A stretch of DNA of 64,000 nt from the human T2T-CHM13v2.0 reference genome, Homo sapiens: the NCBI RefSeq assembly GCF_009914755.1, contig NC_060925.1. One strand, written 5' to 3'. Of the stretch, positions 36,801-51,893 are shown piece by piece. Each line of letters begins with the position of its first letter. The stretch's first letter is position 1. A program made the translations under genes and the position numbers. The notes below the pieces were generated by a model. That model was not told where the DNA came from. It saw only the letters and a program-made list of their open reading frames with translations, and made no database searches.

Positions 36801-39800
36801 GAGTGTTTCAAGCCTGCTCTCTGTAAAGGATCCTTCAACTCTGTGAGTTGAATACACACAACACAAGGAAGTTACTGAGAATTATTCTGTCTAGCAGAAT
36901 ATGAAGAAATCCCGTTTCCAACGAAGGCCTCAAAGAGGTCTGAATATCCACTTGCAGACTTTACAAACAGAGTGTTTCCTAACTGCTCTATGAGAAGAAA
37001 AGTTAAACTCTGTGAGTTGAACGCACACATCACAAAAGATTTTCTGAGAATCATTCTGTCTAGTCTTTATATGAACATAGTTTCCTTTTCTACCATTGAC
37101 CTCAAAGCGGCTGAAATCTCCACTTGCAAATTCCACAAAAAGAGTGTTTCAAGCCTGCTCTCTGTAAAGGATCCTTCAACTCTGTGAGTTGAATACACAC
37201 AACACAAGGAAGTTACTGAGAATTATTCTGTCTAGCAGAATATGAAGAAATCCCGTTTCCAACGAAGGCCTCAAAGAGGTCTGAATATCCACTTGCAGAC
37301 TTTACAAACAGAGTGTTTCCTAACTGCTCTATGAAAAGAAAGGTTAAACTCTGTGAGTTGAACGCACACATCACAAAGGAGTTTATGAGAATCATTCTGT
37401 CTAGTTTCTATAAGAAGATATTTCCTATTCTACCATTGACCTCAAAGCGGCTGAAATCTCCACTTGCAAATTCCACAAAAAGAGTGTTTCAAGCCTGCTC
37501 TCTGTAAAGGATCCTTCAACTCTGTGAGTTGAATACACACAACACAAGGAAGTTACTGAGAATTATTCTGTCTAGCATAATATGAAGAAATCCCGTTTCC
37601 AACGAAGGCCTCAAAGAGGTCTGAATATCCACTTGCAGACTTTACAAACAGAGTGTTTCCTAACTGCTCTATGAGAAGAAAAGTTAAACTCTGTGAGTTG
37701 AACGCACACATCACAAAAGATTTTCTGAGAATCATTCTGTCTAGTCTTTATATGAAGATAGTTTCCTTTTCTACCATTGACCTCAAAGCGGCTGAAATCT
37801 CCACTTGCAAATTCCACAAAAAGAGTGTTTCAAGTCTGCTCTGTGTAAAGGATCGTTCAACTCTGTGAGTTGAATACACACAACACAAGGAAGTTACTGA
37901 GAATTCTTCTGTCTAGCAGAATATGAAGAAATCCCGTTTCCAACGAAGGCCACAAGATGTCAGAATATCCACTTGCAGACTTTACAAACAGAGTGTTTCC
38001 TAACTGCTCTATGAACAGAAAGGTTAAACTCTGTGAGTTGAACGAACACATCACAACGCAGTTTGTGGGAATGATTCTGTCTAGTTTTGAAACGAAGATA
38101 TTTCCTTTTCTGCCGTTGACCTTAAAGCGCTTGAAATCTACACTTGCAAATTGCACAAATAGAGTGTTTCAAATCTGCTCTGTCTAAGGGAACGTTCAAC
38201 TCTGTGAGTTGAATGCACACAACACAAGGAAGTTACTGGGAATTCTTCTGTCTAGCCTTACATGAAAAAACCCGTTTCCAACGAAGGCCTCTAAGTGGTC
38301 AAAATATCCACGTGCAGACTTTACAAACAGAGTGTTTCCAAACCGCTGAATGAAAAGAAAAGTTAAGCTCTGAGAGTTGAACGCACACATCACGCAGCAG
38401 TTTCTGAGAATGATTCTGTCTAGTTTTTATACGAAGATATTTCCTTTTCTGCCTTTGGCCCCAAAGCGCTTGAAATCTCCACTTGCAAATTCCACAAAAA
38501 CAGTGTTTCAAATCTGCTCTCTCTAAATGAAAGTTCAACTCTGTCAGTTGAATACACACAACACAAGGAAGTTACTGAGAATTCTTCTGTCTAGCATAAT
38601 ATGAAGAAATCCCGTTTCCAACGAAGGCCTCAAAGGGGTCTGAATATCCACTTGCAGACTTTATAAACAGAGTGTTTACTAACTGCTCTATGAAAAGAAA
38701 GGTTAAACTCTGTGAGTTGAACACACACATCACAAAGGAGTTTCTGAGAATCATTCTGTCTAGTTTTTCTACGAAGATATTTCCTTTTCTACTATTGACC
38801 TGAAAGTGGCTGAAATCTCCACTTGCAAATTCCACAAAAAGAGTGTTTCAAGTCTGCTCTGTGTAAAGGATCGTTCAACTCTGTGAGTTGAATACACACA
38901 ACACAAGAAAGTTACTGAGAATTCTTCTGTCTAGCAGAATAGGAAGAAATCCCGTTTCCAACGAAGGCCTCAAAGAGGTCTGAATATCCACTTGCAGACT
39001 TTACAAACAGAGTGTTTCCTAACTGCTCTATGAAAAGAAAAGTTAAACTCTGTGAGTTGAACGCACACATCACAAAGGAGTTTCTGAGAATCGTTCTGTC
39101 TAGTTTCTATAGGAAGATATTTCCTATTCTACCATTGACCTCAAAGCGGCTGAAATCTCCACTTGCAAATTCCACAAAAAGAATGTTTCAAGTCTGCTCT
39201 GTGTAAAGGATCGTTCAACTCTGTGAGTTGAATACACACAACACAAGGAAGTTACTGAGAATTATTCTGTCTAGCAGAATATGAAGAAATCCCGTTTCCA
39301 ACGAAGGCCCCAAAGAGGTCTGAATATCCACTTGCAGACTTTACAAACAGAGTGTTTCCTAACTGCTCTGTGAAAAGAAAAGTTAAACTCTGTGAGTTGA
39401 ACGCACACATCACAAAGGAGTTTATGAGAATCATTCTGTCTAGTCTTTATACGAAGATATTTCCTTTTCTACCATTGACCTCAAAGCGGCTGAAATCTCC
39501 ACTTTCAAATTCCACAAAAAGAGTGTTTCAAGTCTGCTCTGTGTAAAGGATCGTTCAACTCTGTGAGTAGAATACACACAACACAAGGAAGTTACTGAGA
39601 ATTCTTCTGTCTAGCAGAATATGAAGAAATCCCGTTTCCAACGAAGGCCTCAAGGAGGTCTGAATATCCACTTGCAGACTTTACAAACAGAGTGTTTCCT
39701 AACTGCTCTATGAACAGAAAGGTTAAACTCTGTGAGTTGAACGCACACATCACAAAGGAGTTTCTGAGAATCATTCTGTCTAGTCTTTATATGAAGATAT

Positions 39801-42800
39801 TTACTTTTCTACCATTGACCTCAAAGCGGCTGAAATCTCCACTTGCAAATTCGACAAAAAGAGTGTTTCAAGCCTGCTCTCTGTAAAGGATCCTTCAACT
39901 CTGTGAGTTGAATACACACAACACAAGGAAGTTACTGAGAATTATTCTGTCTAGCATAATATGAAGAAATCCCGTTTCCAACGAAGGCCTCAAAGAGGTC
40001 TGAATATCCACTTGCAGACTTTACAAACAGAGTGTTTCCTAACTGCTCTATGAGAAGAAAAGTTAAACTCTGTGAGTTGAACGCACACATCACAAAAGAT
40101 TTTCTGAGAATCATTCTGTCTAGTCTTTATATGAAGATAGTTTCCTTTTCTACCATTGACCTCAAAGCGGCTGAAATCTCCACTTGCAAATTCCACAAAA
40201 AGAGTGTTTCAAGTCTGCTCTGTGTAAAGGATCGTTCAACTCTGTGAGTTGAATACACACAACACAAGGAAGTTACTGAGAATTCTTCTGTCTAGCAGAA
40301 TATGAAGAAATCCCGTTTCCAACGAAGGCCACAAGATGTCAGAATATCCACTTACAGACTTTACAAACAGAGTGTTTCCTAACTGCTCTATGAACAGAAA
40401 GGTTAAACTCTGTGAGTTGAACGAACACATCACAACGCAGTTTGTGGGAATGATTCTGTCTAGTTTTGAAACGAAGATATTTCCTTTTCTGCCGTTGACC
40501 TTAAAGCGCTTGAAATCTACACTTGCAAATTGCACAAATAGAGTGTTTCAAATCTGCTCTGTCTAAGGGAACGTTCAACTCTGTGAGTTGAATGCACACA
40601 ACACAAGGAAGTTACTGGGAATTCTTCTGTCTAGCCTTACATGAAAAAACCCGTTTCCAACGAAGGCCTCTAAGTGGTCAAAATATACACGTGCAGACTT
40701 TACAAACAGAGTGTTTCCAAACCGCTGAATGAAAAGAAAAGTTAAACTCTGAGAGTTGAACGCACACATCACGCAGCAGTTTCTGAGAATGACTCTGTCT
40801 AGTTTTTATACGAAGATATTTCCTTTTCTGCCTTTGGCCCCAAAGCGCTTGAAATCTCCACTTGCAAATTCCACAAAAACAGTGTTTCAAATCTGCTCTC
40901 TCTAAATGAAAGTTCAACTCTGTCAGTTGAATACACACTACACAAGGAAGTTACTGAGAATTCTTCTGTCTAGCATAATATGAAGAAATCCCGTTTCCAA
41001 CGAAGGCCTCAAAGGGGTCTGAATATCCACTTGCAGACTTTATAAACAGAGTGTTTACTAACTGCTCTATGAAAAGAAAGGTTAAACTCTGTGAGTTGAA
41101 CACACACATCACAAAGGAGTTTCTGAGAATCATTCTGTCTAGTTTTTCTACGAAGATATTTCCTTTTCTACTATTGACCTGAAAGCGGCTGAAATCTCCA
41201 CTTGCAAATTCCACAAAAAGAGTGTTTCAAGTCTGCTCTGTGTAAAGGATCGTTCAACTCTGTGAGTTGAATACACACAACACAAGGAAGTTACTGAGAA
41301 TTCTTCTGTCTAGCAGAATATGAAGAAATCCCGTTTCCAACGAAGGCCTCAAAGAGGTCTGAATATCCACATGCAGACTTTACAAACAGAGTGTTTCCTA
41401 ACTGCTCTATGAAAAGAAAAGTTAAACTCTGTGAGTTGAACGCACACATCACAAAGGAGTTTATGAGAATCATTCTGTCTAGTCTTTATACGAAGATATT
41501 TCCTTTTCTACCATTGACCTCAAAGCGGCTGAAATCTCCACTTTCAAATTCTACAAAAAGTGTGTTTCAAGTCTGCTCTGTGTAAAGGATCGTTCAACTC
41601 TGTGAGTAGAATACACACAACACAAGGAAGTTACTGAGAATTATTCTGTCTAGCAGAATATGAAGAAATCCCGTTTCCAACGAAGGCCTCAAGGAGGTCT
41701 GAATATCCACTTGCAGACTTTACAAACAGAGTGTTTCCTAACTGCTCTATGAACAGAAAGGTTAAACTCTGTGAGTTGAACGCACACATCACAAAGGAGT
41801 TTCTGAGAATCATTCTGTCTAGTCTTTATACGAAGATATTTACTTTTCTACCATTGACTTCAAAGCGGCTGAAATCTCCACTTGCAAATTCCACAAAAAG
41901 AGTGTTTCAAGTCTGCTCTGTGTAAAGGATCATTCAACTCTGTGAGTTGAATAAACACAACACAAGGAAGTTACTGAGAATTCTTCTGTCCAGCAGAATA
42001 TGAAGAAATCCCGTTTCCAACGAAGGCCTCAAGGAGGTCTGAATATCCACTTGCAGACTTTACAAACAGAGTGTTTCCTAACTGCTCTATGAACAGAAAG
42101 GTTAAACTCTGTGAGTTGAACGAACACATCACAACGCAGTTTGTGGGAATGATTCTGTCTAGTTTTGAAACGAAGATATTTCCTTTTCTGCCGTTGACCT
42201 TAAAGCGCTTGAAATCTACACTTGCAAATTGCACAAATAGAGTGTTTCAAATCTGCTCTGTCTAAGGGAACGTTCAACTCTGTGAGTTGAATGCACACAA
42301 CACAAGGAAGTTACTGGGAATTCTTCTGTCTAGCCTTACATGAAAAAACCCGTTTCCAACGAAGGCCTCTAAGTGGTCAAAATATCCACGTGCAGACTTT
42401 ACAAACAGAGTGTTTCCAAACCGCTGAATGAAAAGAAAAGTTAAGCTCTGAGAGTTGAACGCACACATCACGCAGCAGTTTCTGAGAATGATTCTGTCTA
42501 GTTTTTATACGAAGATATTTCCTTTTCTGCCTTTGGCCCCAAAGCGCTTGAAATCTCCACTTGCAAATTCCACAAAAACAGTGTTTCAAATCTGCTCTCT
42601 CTAAATGAAAGTTCAACTCTGTCAGTTGAATACACACAACACAAGGAAGTTACTGAGAATTCTTCTGTCTAGCATAATATGAAGAAATCCCGTTTCCAAC
42701 GAAGGCCTCAAAGGGGTCTGAATATCCACTTGCAGACTTTATAAACAGAGTGTTTACTAACTGCTCTATGAAAAGAAAGGTTAAACTCTGTGAGTTGAAC

Positions 42801-44416
42801 ACACACATCACAAAGGAGTTTCTGAGAATCATTCTGTCTAGTTTTTCTACGAAGATATTTCCTTTTCTACTATTGACCTGAAAGTGGCTGAAATCTCCAC
42901 TTGCAAATTCCACAAAAAGAGTGTTTCAAGTCTGCTCTGTGTAAAGGATCGTTCAACTCTGTGAGTTGAATACACACAACACAAGAAAGTTACTGAGAAT
43001 TCTTCTGTCTAGCAGAATAGGAAGAAATCCCGTTTCCAACGAAGGCCTCAAAGAGGTCTGAATATCCACTTGCAGACTTTACAAACAGAGTGTTTCCTAA
43101 CTGCTCTATGAAAAGAAAAGTTAAACTCTGTGAGTTGAACGCACACATCACAAAGGAGTTTCTGAGAATCGTTCTGTCTAGTTTCTATAGGAAGATATTT
43201 CCTATTCTACCATTGACCTCAAAGCGGCTGAAATCTCCACTTGCAAATTCCACAAAAAGAATGTTTCAAGTCTGCTCTGTGTAAAGGATCGTTCAACTCT
43301 GTGAGTTGAATACACACAACACAAGGAAGTTACTGAGAATTATTCTGTCTAGCATAATATGAAGAAATCCCGTTTCCAACGAAGGCCTCAAAGAGGTCTG
43401 AATATCCACTTGCAGACTTTACAAACAGAGTGTTTCCTAACTGCTCTATGAAAAGAAAGGTTAAACTCTGTGAGTTGAACGCACACATCACAAAGGAGTT
43501 TATGAGAATCATTCTGTCTAGTTTCTATAAGAAGATATTTCCTATTCTACCATTGACCTCAAAGCGGCTGAAATCTCCACTTGCAAATTCGACAAAAAGA
43601 GTGTTTCAAGCCTGCTCTCTGTAAAGGATCCTTCAACTCTGTGAGTTGAATACACACAACACAAGGAAGTTACTGAGAATTATTCTGTCTAGCATAATAT
43701 GAAGAAATCCCGTTTCCAACGAAGGCCTCAAAGAGGTCTGAATATCCACTTGCAGACTTTACAAACAGAGTGTTTCCTAACTGCTCTATGAGAAGAAAAG
43801 TTAAACTCTGTGAGTTGAACGCACACATCACAAAAGATTTTCTGAGAATCATTCTGTCTAGTCTTTATATGAAGATAGTTTCCTTTTCTACCATTGACCT
43901 CAAAGCGGCTGAAATCTCCACTTGCAAATTCCACAAAAAGAGTGTTTCAAGTCTGCTCTGTGTAAAGGATCGTTCAACTCTGTGAGTTGAATACACACAA
44001 CACAAGGAAGTTACTGAGAATTCTTCTGTCTAGCAGAATATGAAGAAATCCCGTTTCCAACGAAGGCCACAAGATGTCAGAATATCCACTTGCAGACTTT
44101 ACAAACAGAGTGTTTCCTAACTGCTCTATGAACAGAAAGGTTAAACTCTGTGAGTTGAACGAACACATCACAACGCAGTTTGTGGGAATGATTCTGTCTA
44201 GTTTTGAAACGAAGATATTTCCTTTTCTGCCGTTGACCTTAAAGCACTTGAAATCTACACTTGCAAATTGCACAAATAGAGTGTTTCAAATCTGCTCTGT
44301 CTAAGGGAACGTTCAACTCTGTGAGTTGAATGCACACAACACAAGGAAGTTACTGGGAATTCTTCTGTCTAGCCTTACATGAAAAAAACCCGTTTCCAAC
44401 GAAGGCCTCTAAGTGG
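30820..44416 (-). repeat. HOR copies 18-8-18-14-10-12-mer
   Basis: M2 markers at 30820, 33881, 35239, 38299, 40678, 42377 and 44417. Spacings are 3061, 1358, 3060, 2379, 1699 and 2040 bp. Confidence 0.9.
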
Positions 44417-47400
44417 TCAAAATATCCACGTGCAGACTTTACAAACAGAGTGTTTCCAAACCGCTGAATGAAAAGAAAAGTTAAACTCTGAGAGTTCAAC
44501 GCACACATCACGCAGCAGTTTCTGAGAATGATTCTGTCTAGTTTTTATACGAAGATATTTCCTTTTCTGCCTTTGGCCCCAAAGCGCTTGAAATCTCCAC
44601 TTGCAAATTCCACAAAAACAGTGTTTCAAATCTGCTCTCTCTAAATGAAAGTTCAACTCTGTCAGTTGAATACACACAACACAAGGAAGTTACTGAGAAT
44701 TCTTCTGTCTAGCATAATATGAAGAAATCCCGTTTCCAACGAAGGCCTCAAAGGGGTCTGAATAATCACTTGCAGACTTTATAAACAGAGTGTTTACTAA
44801 CTGCTCTATGAAAAGAAAGGTTAAACTCTGTGAGTTGAACACACACATCACAAAGGAGTTTCTGAGAATCATTCTGTCTAGTTTTTCTACGAAGATATTT
44901 CCTTTTCTACTATTGACCTCAAAGCGGCTGAAATCTCCACTTGCAAATTCCACAAAAAGAGTGTTTCAAGTCTGCTCTGTGTAAAGGATCGTTCAACTCT
45001 GTGAGTTGAATACACACAACACAAGGAAGTTACTGAGAATTCTTCTGTCTAGCAGAATAGGAAGAAATCCCGTTTCCAACGAAGGCCTCAAAGAGGTCTG
45101 AATATCCACTTGCAGACTTTACAAACAGAGTGTTTCCTAACTGCTCTATGAAAAGAAAAGTTAAACTCTGTGAGTTGAACGCACACATCACAAAGGAGTT
45201 TCTGAGAATCGTTCTGTCTAGTTTCTATAGGAAGATATTTCCTATTCTACCATTGACCTCAAAGCGGCTGAAATCTCCACTTGCAAATTCCACAAAAAGA
45301 ATGTTTCAAGTCTGCTCTGTGTAAAGGATCGTTCAACTCTGTGAGTTGAATACACACAACACAAGGAAGTTACTGAGAATTATTCTGTCTAGCATAATAT
45401 GAAGAAATCCCGTTTCCAGCGAAGGCCTCAAAGAGGTCTGAATATCCACTTGCAGACTTTACAAACAGAGTGTTTCCTAACTGCTCTATGAAAAGAAAAG
45501 TTAAACTCTGTGAGTTGAACGCACACATCACAAAGGAGTTTATGAGAATCATTCTGTCTAGTCTTTATACGAAGATATTTCCTTTTCTACCATTGACCTC
45601 AAAGCGGCTGAAATCTCCACTTTCAAATTCCACAAAAAGAGTGTTTCAAGTCTGCTCTGTTTAAAGGATCGTTCAACTCTGTGAGTAGAATACACACAAC
45701 ACAAGGAAGTTACTGAGAATTCTTCTGTCTAGCAGAATATGAAGAAATCCCGTTTCCAACGAAGGCCTCAAGGAGGTCTGAATATCCACTTGCAGACTTT
45801 ACAAACAGAGTGTTTCCTAACTGCTCTATGAGAAGAAAAGTTAAACTCTGTGAGTTGAACGCACACATCACAAAAGATTTTCTGAGAATCATTCTGTCTA
45901 GTCTTTATATGAAGATAGTTTCCTTTTCTACCATTGACCTCAAAGCGGCTGAAATCTCCACTTGCAAATTCCACAAAAAGAGTGTTTCAAGTCTGCTGTG
46001 TGTAAAGGATCGTTCAACTCTGTGAGTTGAATACACACAACACAAGGAAGTTACTGAGAATTCTTCTGTCTAGCAGAATATGAAGAAATCCCGTTTCCAA
46101 CGAAGGCCACAAGATGTCAGAATATCCACTTGCAGACTTTACAAACAGAGTGTTTCCTAACTGCTCTATGAACAGAAAGGTTAAACTCTGTGAGTTGAAC
46201 GAACACATCACAACGCAGTTTGTGGGAATGATTCTGTCTAGTTTTGAAACGAAGATATTTCCTTTTCTGCCGTTTACCTTAAAGCGCTTGAAATCTACAC
46301 TTGCAAATTGCACAAATAGAGTGTTTCAAATCTGCTCTGTCTAAGGGAACGTTCAACTCTGTGAGTTGAATGCACACAACACAAGGAAGTTACTGGGAAT
46401 TCTTCTGTCTAGCCTTACATGAAAAAACCCGTTTCCAACGAAGGCCTCTAAGTGGTCAAAATATCCACGTGCAGACTTTACAAACAGAGTGTTTCCAAAC
46501 CGCTGAATGAAAAGAAAAGTTAAGCTCTGAGAGTTGAACGCACACATCACGCAGCAGTTTCTGAGAATGATTCTGTCTAGTTTTTATACGAAGATATTTC
46601 CTTTTCTGCCTTTGGCCCCAAAGCGCTTGAAATCTCCACTTGCAAATTCCACAAAAACAGTGTTTCAAATCTGCTCTCTCTAAATGAAAGTTCAACTCTG
46701 TCAGTTGAATACACACAACACAAGGAAGTTACTGAGAATTCTTCTGTCTAGCATAATATGAAGAAATCCCGTTTCCAACGAAGGCCTCAAAGGGGTCTGA
46801 ATATCCACTTGCAGACTTTATAAACAGAGTGTTTACTAACTGCTCTATGAAAAGAAAGGTTAAACTCTGTGAGTTGAACACACATATCACAAAGGAGTTT
46901 CTGAGAATCATTCTGTCTAGTTTTTCTACGAAGATATTTCCTTTTCTACTATTGACCTCAAAGCGGCTGAAATCTCCACTTGCAAATTCCACAAAAAGAG
47001 TGTTTCAAGTCTGCTCTGTGTAAAGGATCGTTCAACTCTGTGAGTTGAATACACACAACACAAGGAAGTTACTGAGAATTCTTCTGTCTAGCAGAATAGG
47101 AAGAAATCCCGTTTCCAACGAAGGCCTCAAAGAGGTCTGAATATCCACTTGCAGACTTTACAAACAGAGTGTTTCCTAACTGCTCTATGAAAAGAAAAGT
47201 TAAACTCTGTGAGTTGAACGCACACATCACAAAGGAGTTTCTGAGAATCGTTCTGTCTAGTTTCTATAGGAAGATATTTCCTATTCTACCATTGACCTCA
47301 AAGCGGCTGAAATCTCCACTTGCAAATTCCACAAAAAGAATGTTTCAAGTCTGCTCTGTGTAAAGGATCGTTCAACTCTGTGAGTTGAATACACACAACA

Positions 47401-50400
47401 CAAGGAAGTTACTGAGAATTATTCTGTCTAGCATAATATGAAGAAATCCCGTTTCCAGCGAAGGCCTCAAAGAGGTCTGAATATCCACTTGCAGACTTTA
47501 CAAACAGAGTGTTTCCTAACTGCTCTATGAAAAGAAAAGTTAAACTCTGTGAGTTGAACGCACACATCACAAAGGAGTTTATGAGAATCATTCTGTCTAG
47601 TCTTTATACGAAGATATTTCGTTTTCTACCATTGACCTCAAAGCGGCTGAAATCTCCACTTTCAAATTCCACAAAAAGAGTGTTTCAAGTCTGCTCTGTG
47701 TAAAGGATCGTTCAACTCTGTGAGTAGAATACACACAACACAAGGAAGTTACTGAGAATTCTTCTGTCTAGCAGAATATGAAGAAATCCCGTTTCCAACG
47801 AAGGCCTCAAGGAGGTCTGAATATCCACTTGCAGACTTTACAAACAGAGTGTTTCCTAACTGCTCTATGAGAAGAAAAGTTAAACTCTGTGAGTTGAACG
47901 CACACATCACAAAAGATTTTCTGAGAATCATTCTGTCTAGTCTTTATATGAAGATAGTTTCCTTTTCTACCATTGACCTCAAAGCGGCTGAAATCTCCAC
48001 TTGCAAATTCCACAAAAAGAGTGTTTCAAGTCTGCTGTGTGTAAAGGATCGTTCAACTCTGTGAGTTGAATACACACAACACAAGGAAGTTACTGAGAAT
48101 TATTCTGTCTAGCAGAATATGAAGAAATCCCGTTTCCAACGAAGGCCACAAGATGTCAGAATATCCACTTGCAGACTTTACAAACAGAGTGTTTCCTAAC
48201 TGCTCTATGAACAGAAAGGTTAAACTCTGTGAGTTGAACGAACACATCACAACGCAGTTTGTGGGAATGATTCTGTCTAGTTTTGAAACGAAGATATTTC
48301 CTTTTCTGCCGTTGACCTTAAAGCGCTTGAAATCTACACTTGCAAATTGCACAAATAGAGTGTTTCAAATCTGCTCTGTCTAAGGGAACGTTCAACTCTG
48401 TGAGTTGAATGCACACAACACAAGGAAGTTACTGGGAATTCTTCTGTCTAGCCTTACATGAAAAAACCCGTTTCCAACGAAGGCCTCTAAGTGGTCAAAA
48501 TATCCACGTGCAGACTTTACAAACAGAGTGTTTCCAAACCGCTGAATGAAAAGAAAAGTTAAGCTCTGAGAGTTGAACGCACACATCACGCAGCAGTTTC
48601 TGAGAATGATTCTGTCTAGTTTTTATACGAAGATATTTCCTTTTCTGCCTTTGGCCCCAAAGCGCTTGAAATCTCCACTTGCAAATTCCACAAAAACAGT
48701 GTTTCAAATCTGCTCTCTCTAAATGAAAGTTCAACTCTGTCAGTTGAATACACACAACACAAGGAAGTTACTGAGAATTCTTCTGTCTAGCATAATATGA
48801 AGAAATCCCGTTTCCAACGAAGGCCTCAAAGGGGTCTGAATATCCACTTGCAGACTTTATAAACAGAGTGTTTACTAACTGCTCTATGAAAAGAAAGGTT
48901 AAACTCTGTGAGTTGAACACACACATCACAAAGGAGTTTCTGAGAATCATTCTGTCTAGTTTTTCTACGAAGATATTTCCTTTTCTACTATTGACCTGAA
49001 AGCGGCTGAAATCTCCACTTGCAAATTCCACAAAAAGAGTGTTTCAAGTCTGCTCTGTGTAAAGGATCGTTCAACTCTGTGAGTTGAATACACACAACAC
49101 AAGGAAGTTACTGAGAATGCTTCTGTCTAGCAGAATAGGAAGAAATCCCGTTTCCAACGAAGGCCTCAAAGAGGTCTGAATATCCACTTGCAGACTTTAC
49201 AAACAGAGTGTTTCCTAACTGCTCTATGAAAAGAAAAGTTAAACTCTGTGAGTTGAACGCACACATCACAAAGGAGTTTCTGAGAATCGTTCTGTCTAGT
49301 TTCTATAGGAAGATATTTCCTATTCTACCATTGACCTCAAAGCGGCTGAAATCTCCACTTGCAAATTCCACAAAAAGAATGTTTCAAGTCTGCTCTGTGT
49401 AAAGGATCGTTCAACTCTGTGAGTTGAATACACACAACACAAGGAAGTTACTGAGAATTATTCTGTCTAGCATAATATGAAGAAATCCCGTTTCCAGCGA
49501 AGGCCTCAAAGAGGTCTGAATATCCACTTGCACACTTTACAAACAGAGTGTTTCCTAACTGCTCTATGAACAGAAAGGTTTAACTCTGTGAGTTGAACGC
49601 ACACATCACAAAGGAGTTTCTGAGAATCATTCTGTCTCGTCTTTATACGAAGATATTTACTTTTCTACCATTGACCTCAAAGCGGCTGAAATCTCCACTT
49701 GCAAATTCCACAAAAAGAGTGTTTCAAGTCTGCTCTGTGTAAAGGATCATTCAACTCTGTGAGTTGAATAAACACAACACAAGGAAGTTACTGAGAATTC
49801 TTCTGTCTAGCAGAATATGAAGAAATCCCGTTTCCAACGAAGGCCACAAGATGTCAGAATATCCACTTGCAGACTTTACAAACAGAGTGTTTCCTAACTG
49901 CTCTATGAACAGAAAGGTTAAACTCTGTGAGTTGAACGAACACATCACAACGCAGTTTGTGGGAATGATTCTGTCTAGTTTTGAAACGAAGATATTTCCT
50001 TTTCTGCCGTTGACCTTAAAGCGCTTGAAATCTACACTTGCAAATTGCACAAATAGAGTGTTTCAAATCTGCTCTGTCTAAGGGAACGTTCAACTCTGTG
50101 AGTTGAATGCACACAACACAAGGAAGTTACTGGGAATTCTTCTGTCTAGCCTTACATGAAAAAAACCCGTTTCCAACGAAGGCCTCTAAGTGGTCAAAAT
50201 ATCCACGTGCAGACTTTACAAACAGAGTGTTTCCAAACCGCTGAATGAAAAGAAAAGTTAAACTCTGAGAGTTCAACGCACACATCACGCAGCAGTTTCT
50301 GAGAATGATTCTGTCTAGTTTTTATACGAAGATATTTCCTTTTCTGCCTTTGGCCCCAAAGCGCTTGAAATCTCCACTTGCAAATTCCACAAAAACAGTG

Positions 50401-51893
50401 TTTCAAATCTGCTCTCTCTAAATGAAAGTTCAACTCTGTCAGTTGAATACACACAACACAAGGAAGTTAATGAGAATTCTTCTGTCTAGCATAATATGAA
50501 GAAATCCCGTTTCCAACGAAGGCCTCAAAGGGGTCTGAATATCCACTTGCAGACTTTATAAACAGAGTGTTTACTAACTGCTCTATGAAAAGAAAGGTTA
50601 AACTCTGTGAGTTGAACACACACATCACAAAGGAGTTTCTGAGAATCATTCTTTCTAGTTTTTCTACGAAGATATTTCCTTTTCTACTATTGACCTCAAA
50701 GCGGCTGAAATCTCCACTTGCAAATTCCACAAAAAGAGTGTTTCAAGTCTGCTCTGTGTAAAGGATCGTTCAACTCTGTGAGTTGAATACACACAACACA
50801 AGGAAGTTACTGAGAATTATTCTGTCTAGCAGAATAGGAAGAAATCCCGTTTCCAACGAAGGCCTCAAAGAGGTCTGAATATCCACTTGCAGACTTTACA
50901 AACAGAGTGTTTCCTAACTGCTCTATGAAACGAAAGGTTAAACTCTGTGAGTTGAACGCACACATCACAAAGGAGTTTCTGAGAATCGTTCTGTCTAGTT
51001 TCTATAGGAAGATATTTCCTATTCTACCATTGACCTCAAAGCGGCTGAAATCTCCACTTGCAAATTCCACAAAAAGAATGTTTCAAGTCTGCTCTGTGTA
51101 AAGGATCGTTCAACTCTGTGAGTTGAATACACACAACACAAGGAAGTTACTGAGAATTCTTCTGTCTAGCAGAATATGAAGAAATCCCGTTTCCAACGAA
51201 GGCCTCAAAGAGGTCTGAATATCCACTTGCAGACTTTACAAACAGAGTGTTTCCTAACTGCTCTATGAAAAGAAAAGTTAAACTCTGTGAGTTGAACGCA
51301 CACATCACAAAGGAGTTTCTGAGAATCATTCTGTCTAGTCTTTATACGAAGATATTTCCTTTTCTACCATTGACCTCAAAGCGGCTGAAATCTCCACTTG
51401 CAAATTCCACAAAAAGAGTGTTTCAAGTCTGCTCTGTGTAAAGGATCGTACAACTCTGTGAGTTGAATACACACAACACAAGGAAGTTACTGAGAATTCT
51501 TCTGTCTAGCAGAATATGAAGAAATCCCGTTTCCAACGAAGGCCTCAAGGAGGTCTGAATATCCACTTGCAGACTGTATAAACAGAGTGTTTCCTAACTG
51601 CTCTATGAACAGAAAGGTTAAACTCTGTGAGTTGAACGAACACATCACAACGCAGTTTGTGGGAATGATTCTGTCTAGTTTTGAAACGAAGAAATTTCCT
51701 TTTCTGCCATTGACCTTAAAGCGCTTGAAATCTACACTTGCAAATTGCACAAATAGAGTGTTTCAAATCTGCTCTGTCTAAGGGAACGTTCAACTCTGTG
51801 AGTTGAATGCACACAACACAAGGAAGTTACTGGGAATTCTTCTGTCTAGCCTTACATGAAGAAAACCCGTTTCCAACGAAGGCCTCTAAGAGG
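44417..51893 (-). repeat. HOR copies 12-12-10-10-mer
   Basis: M2 markers at 44417, 46456, 48495, 50194 and 51894. Spacings are 2039, 2039, 1699 and 1700 bp. Confidence 0.9.
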
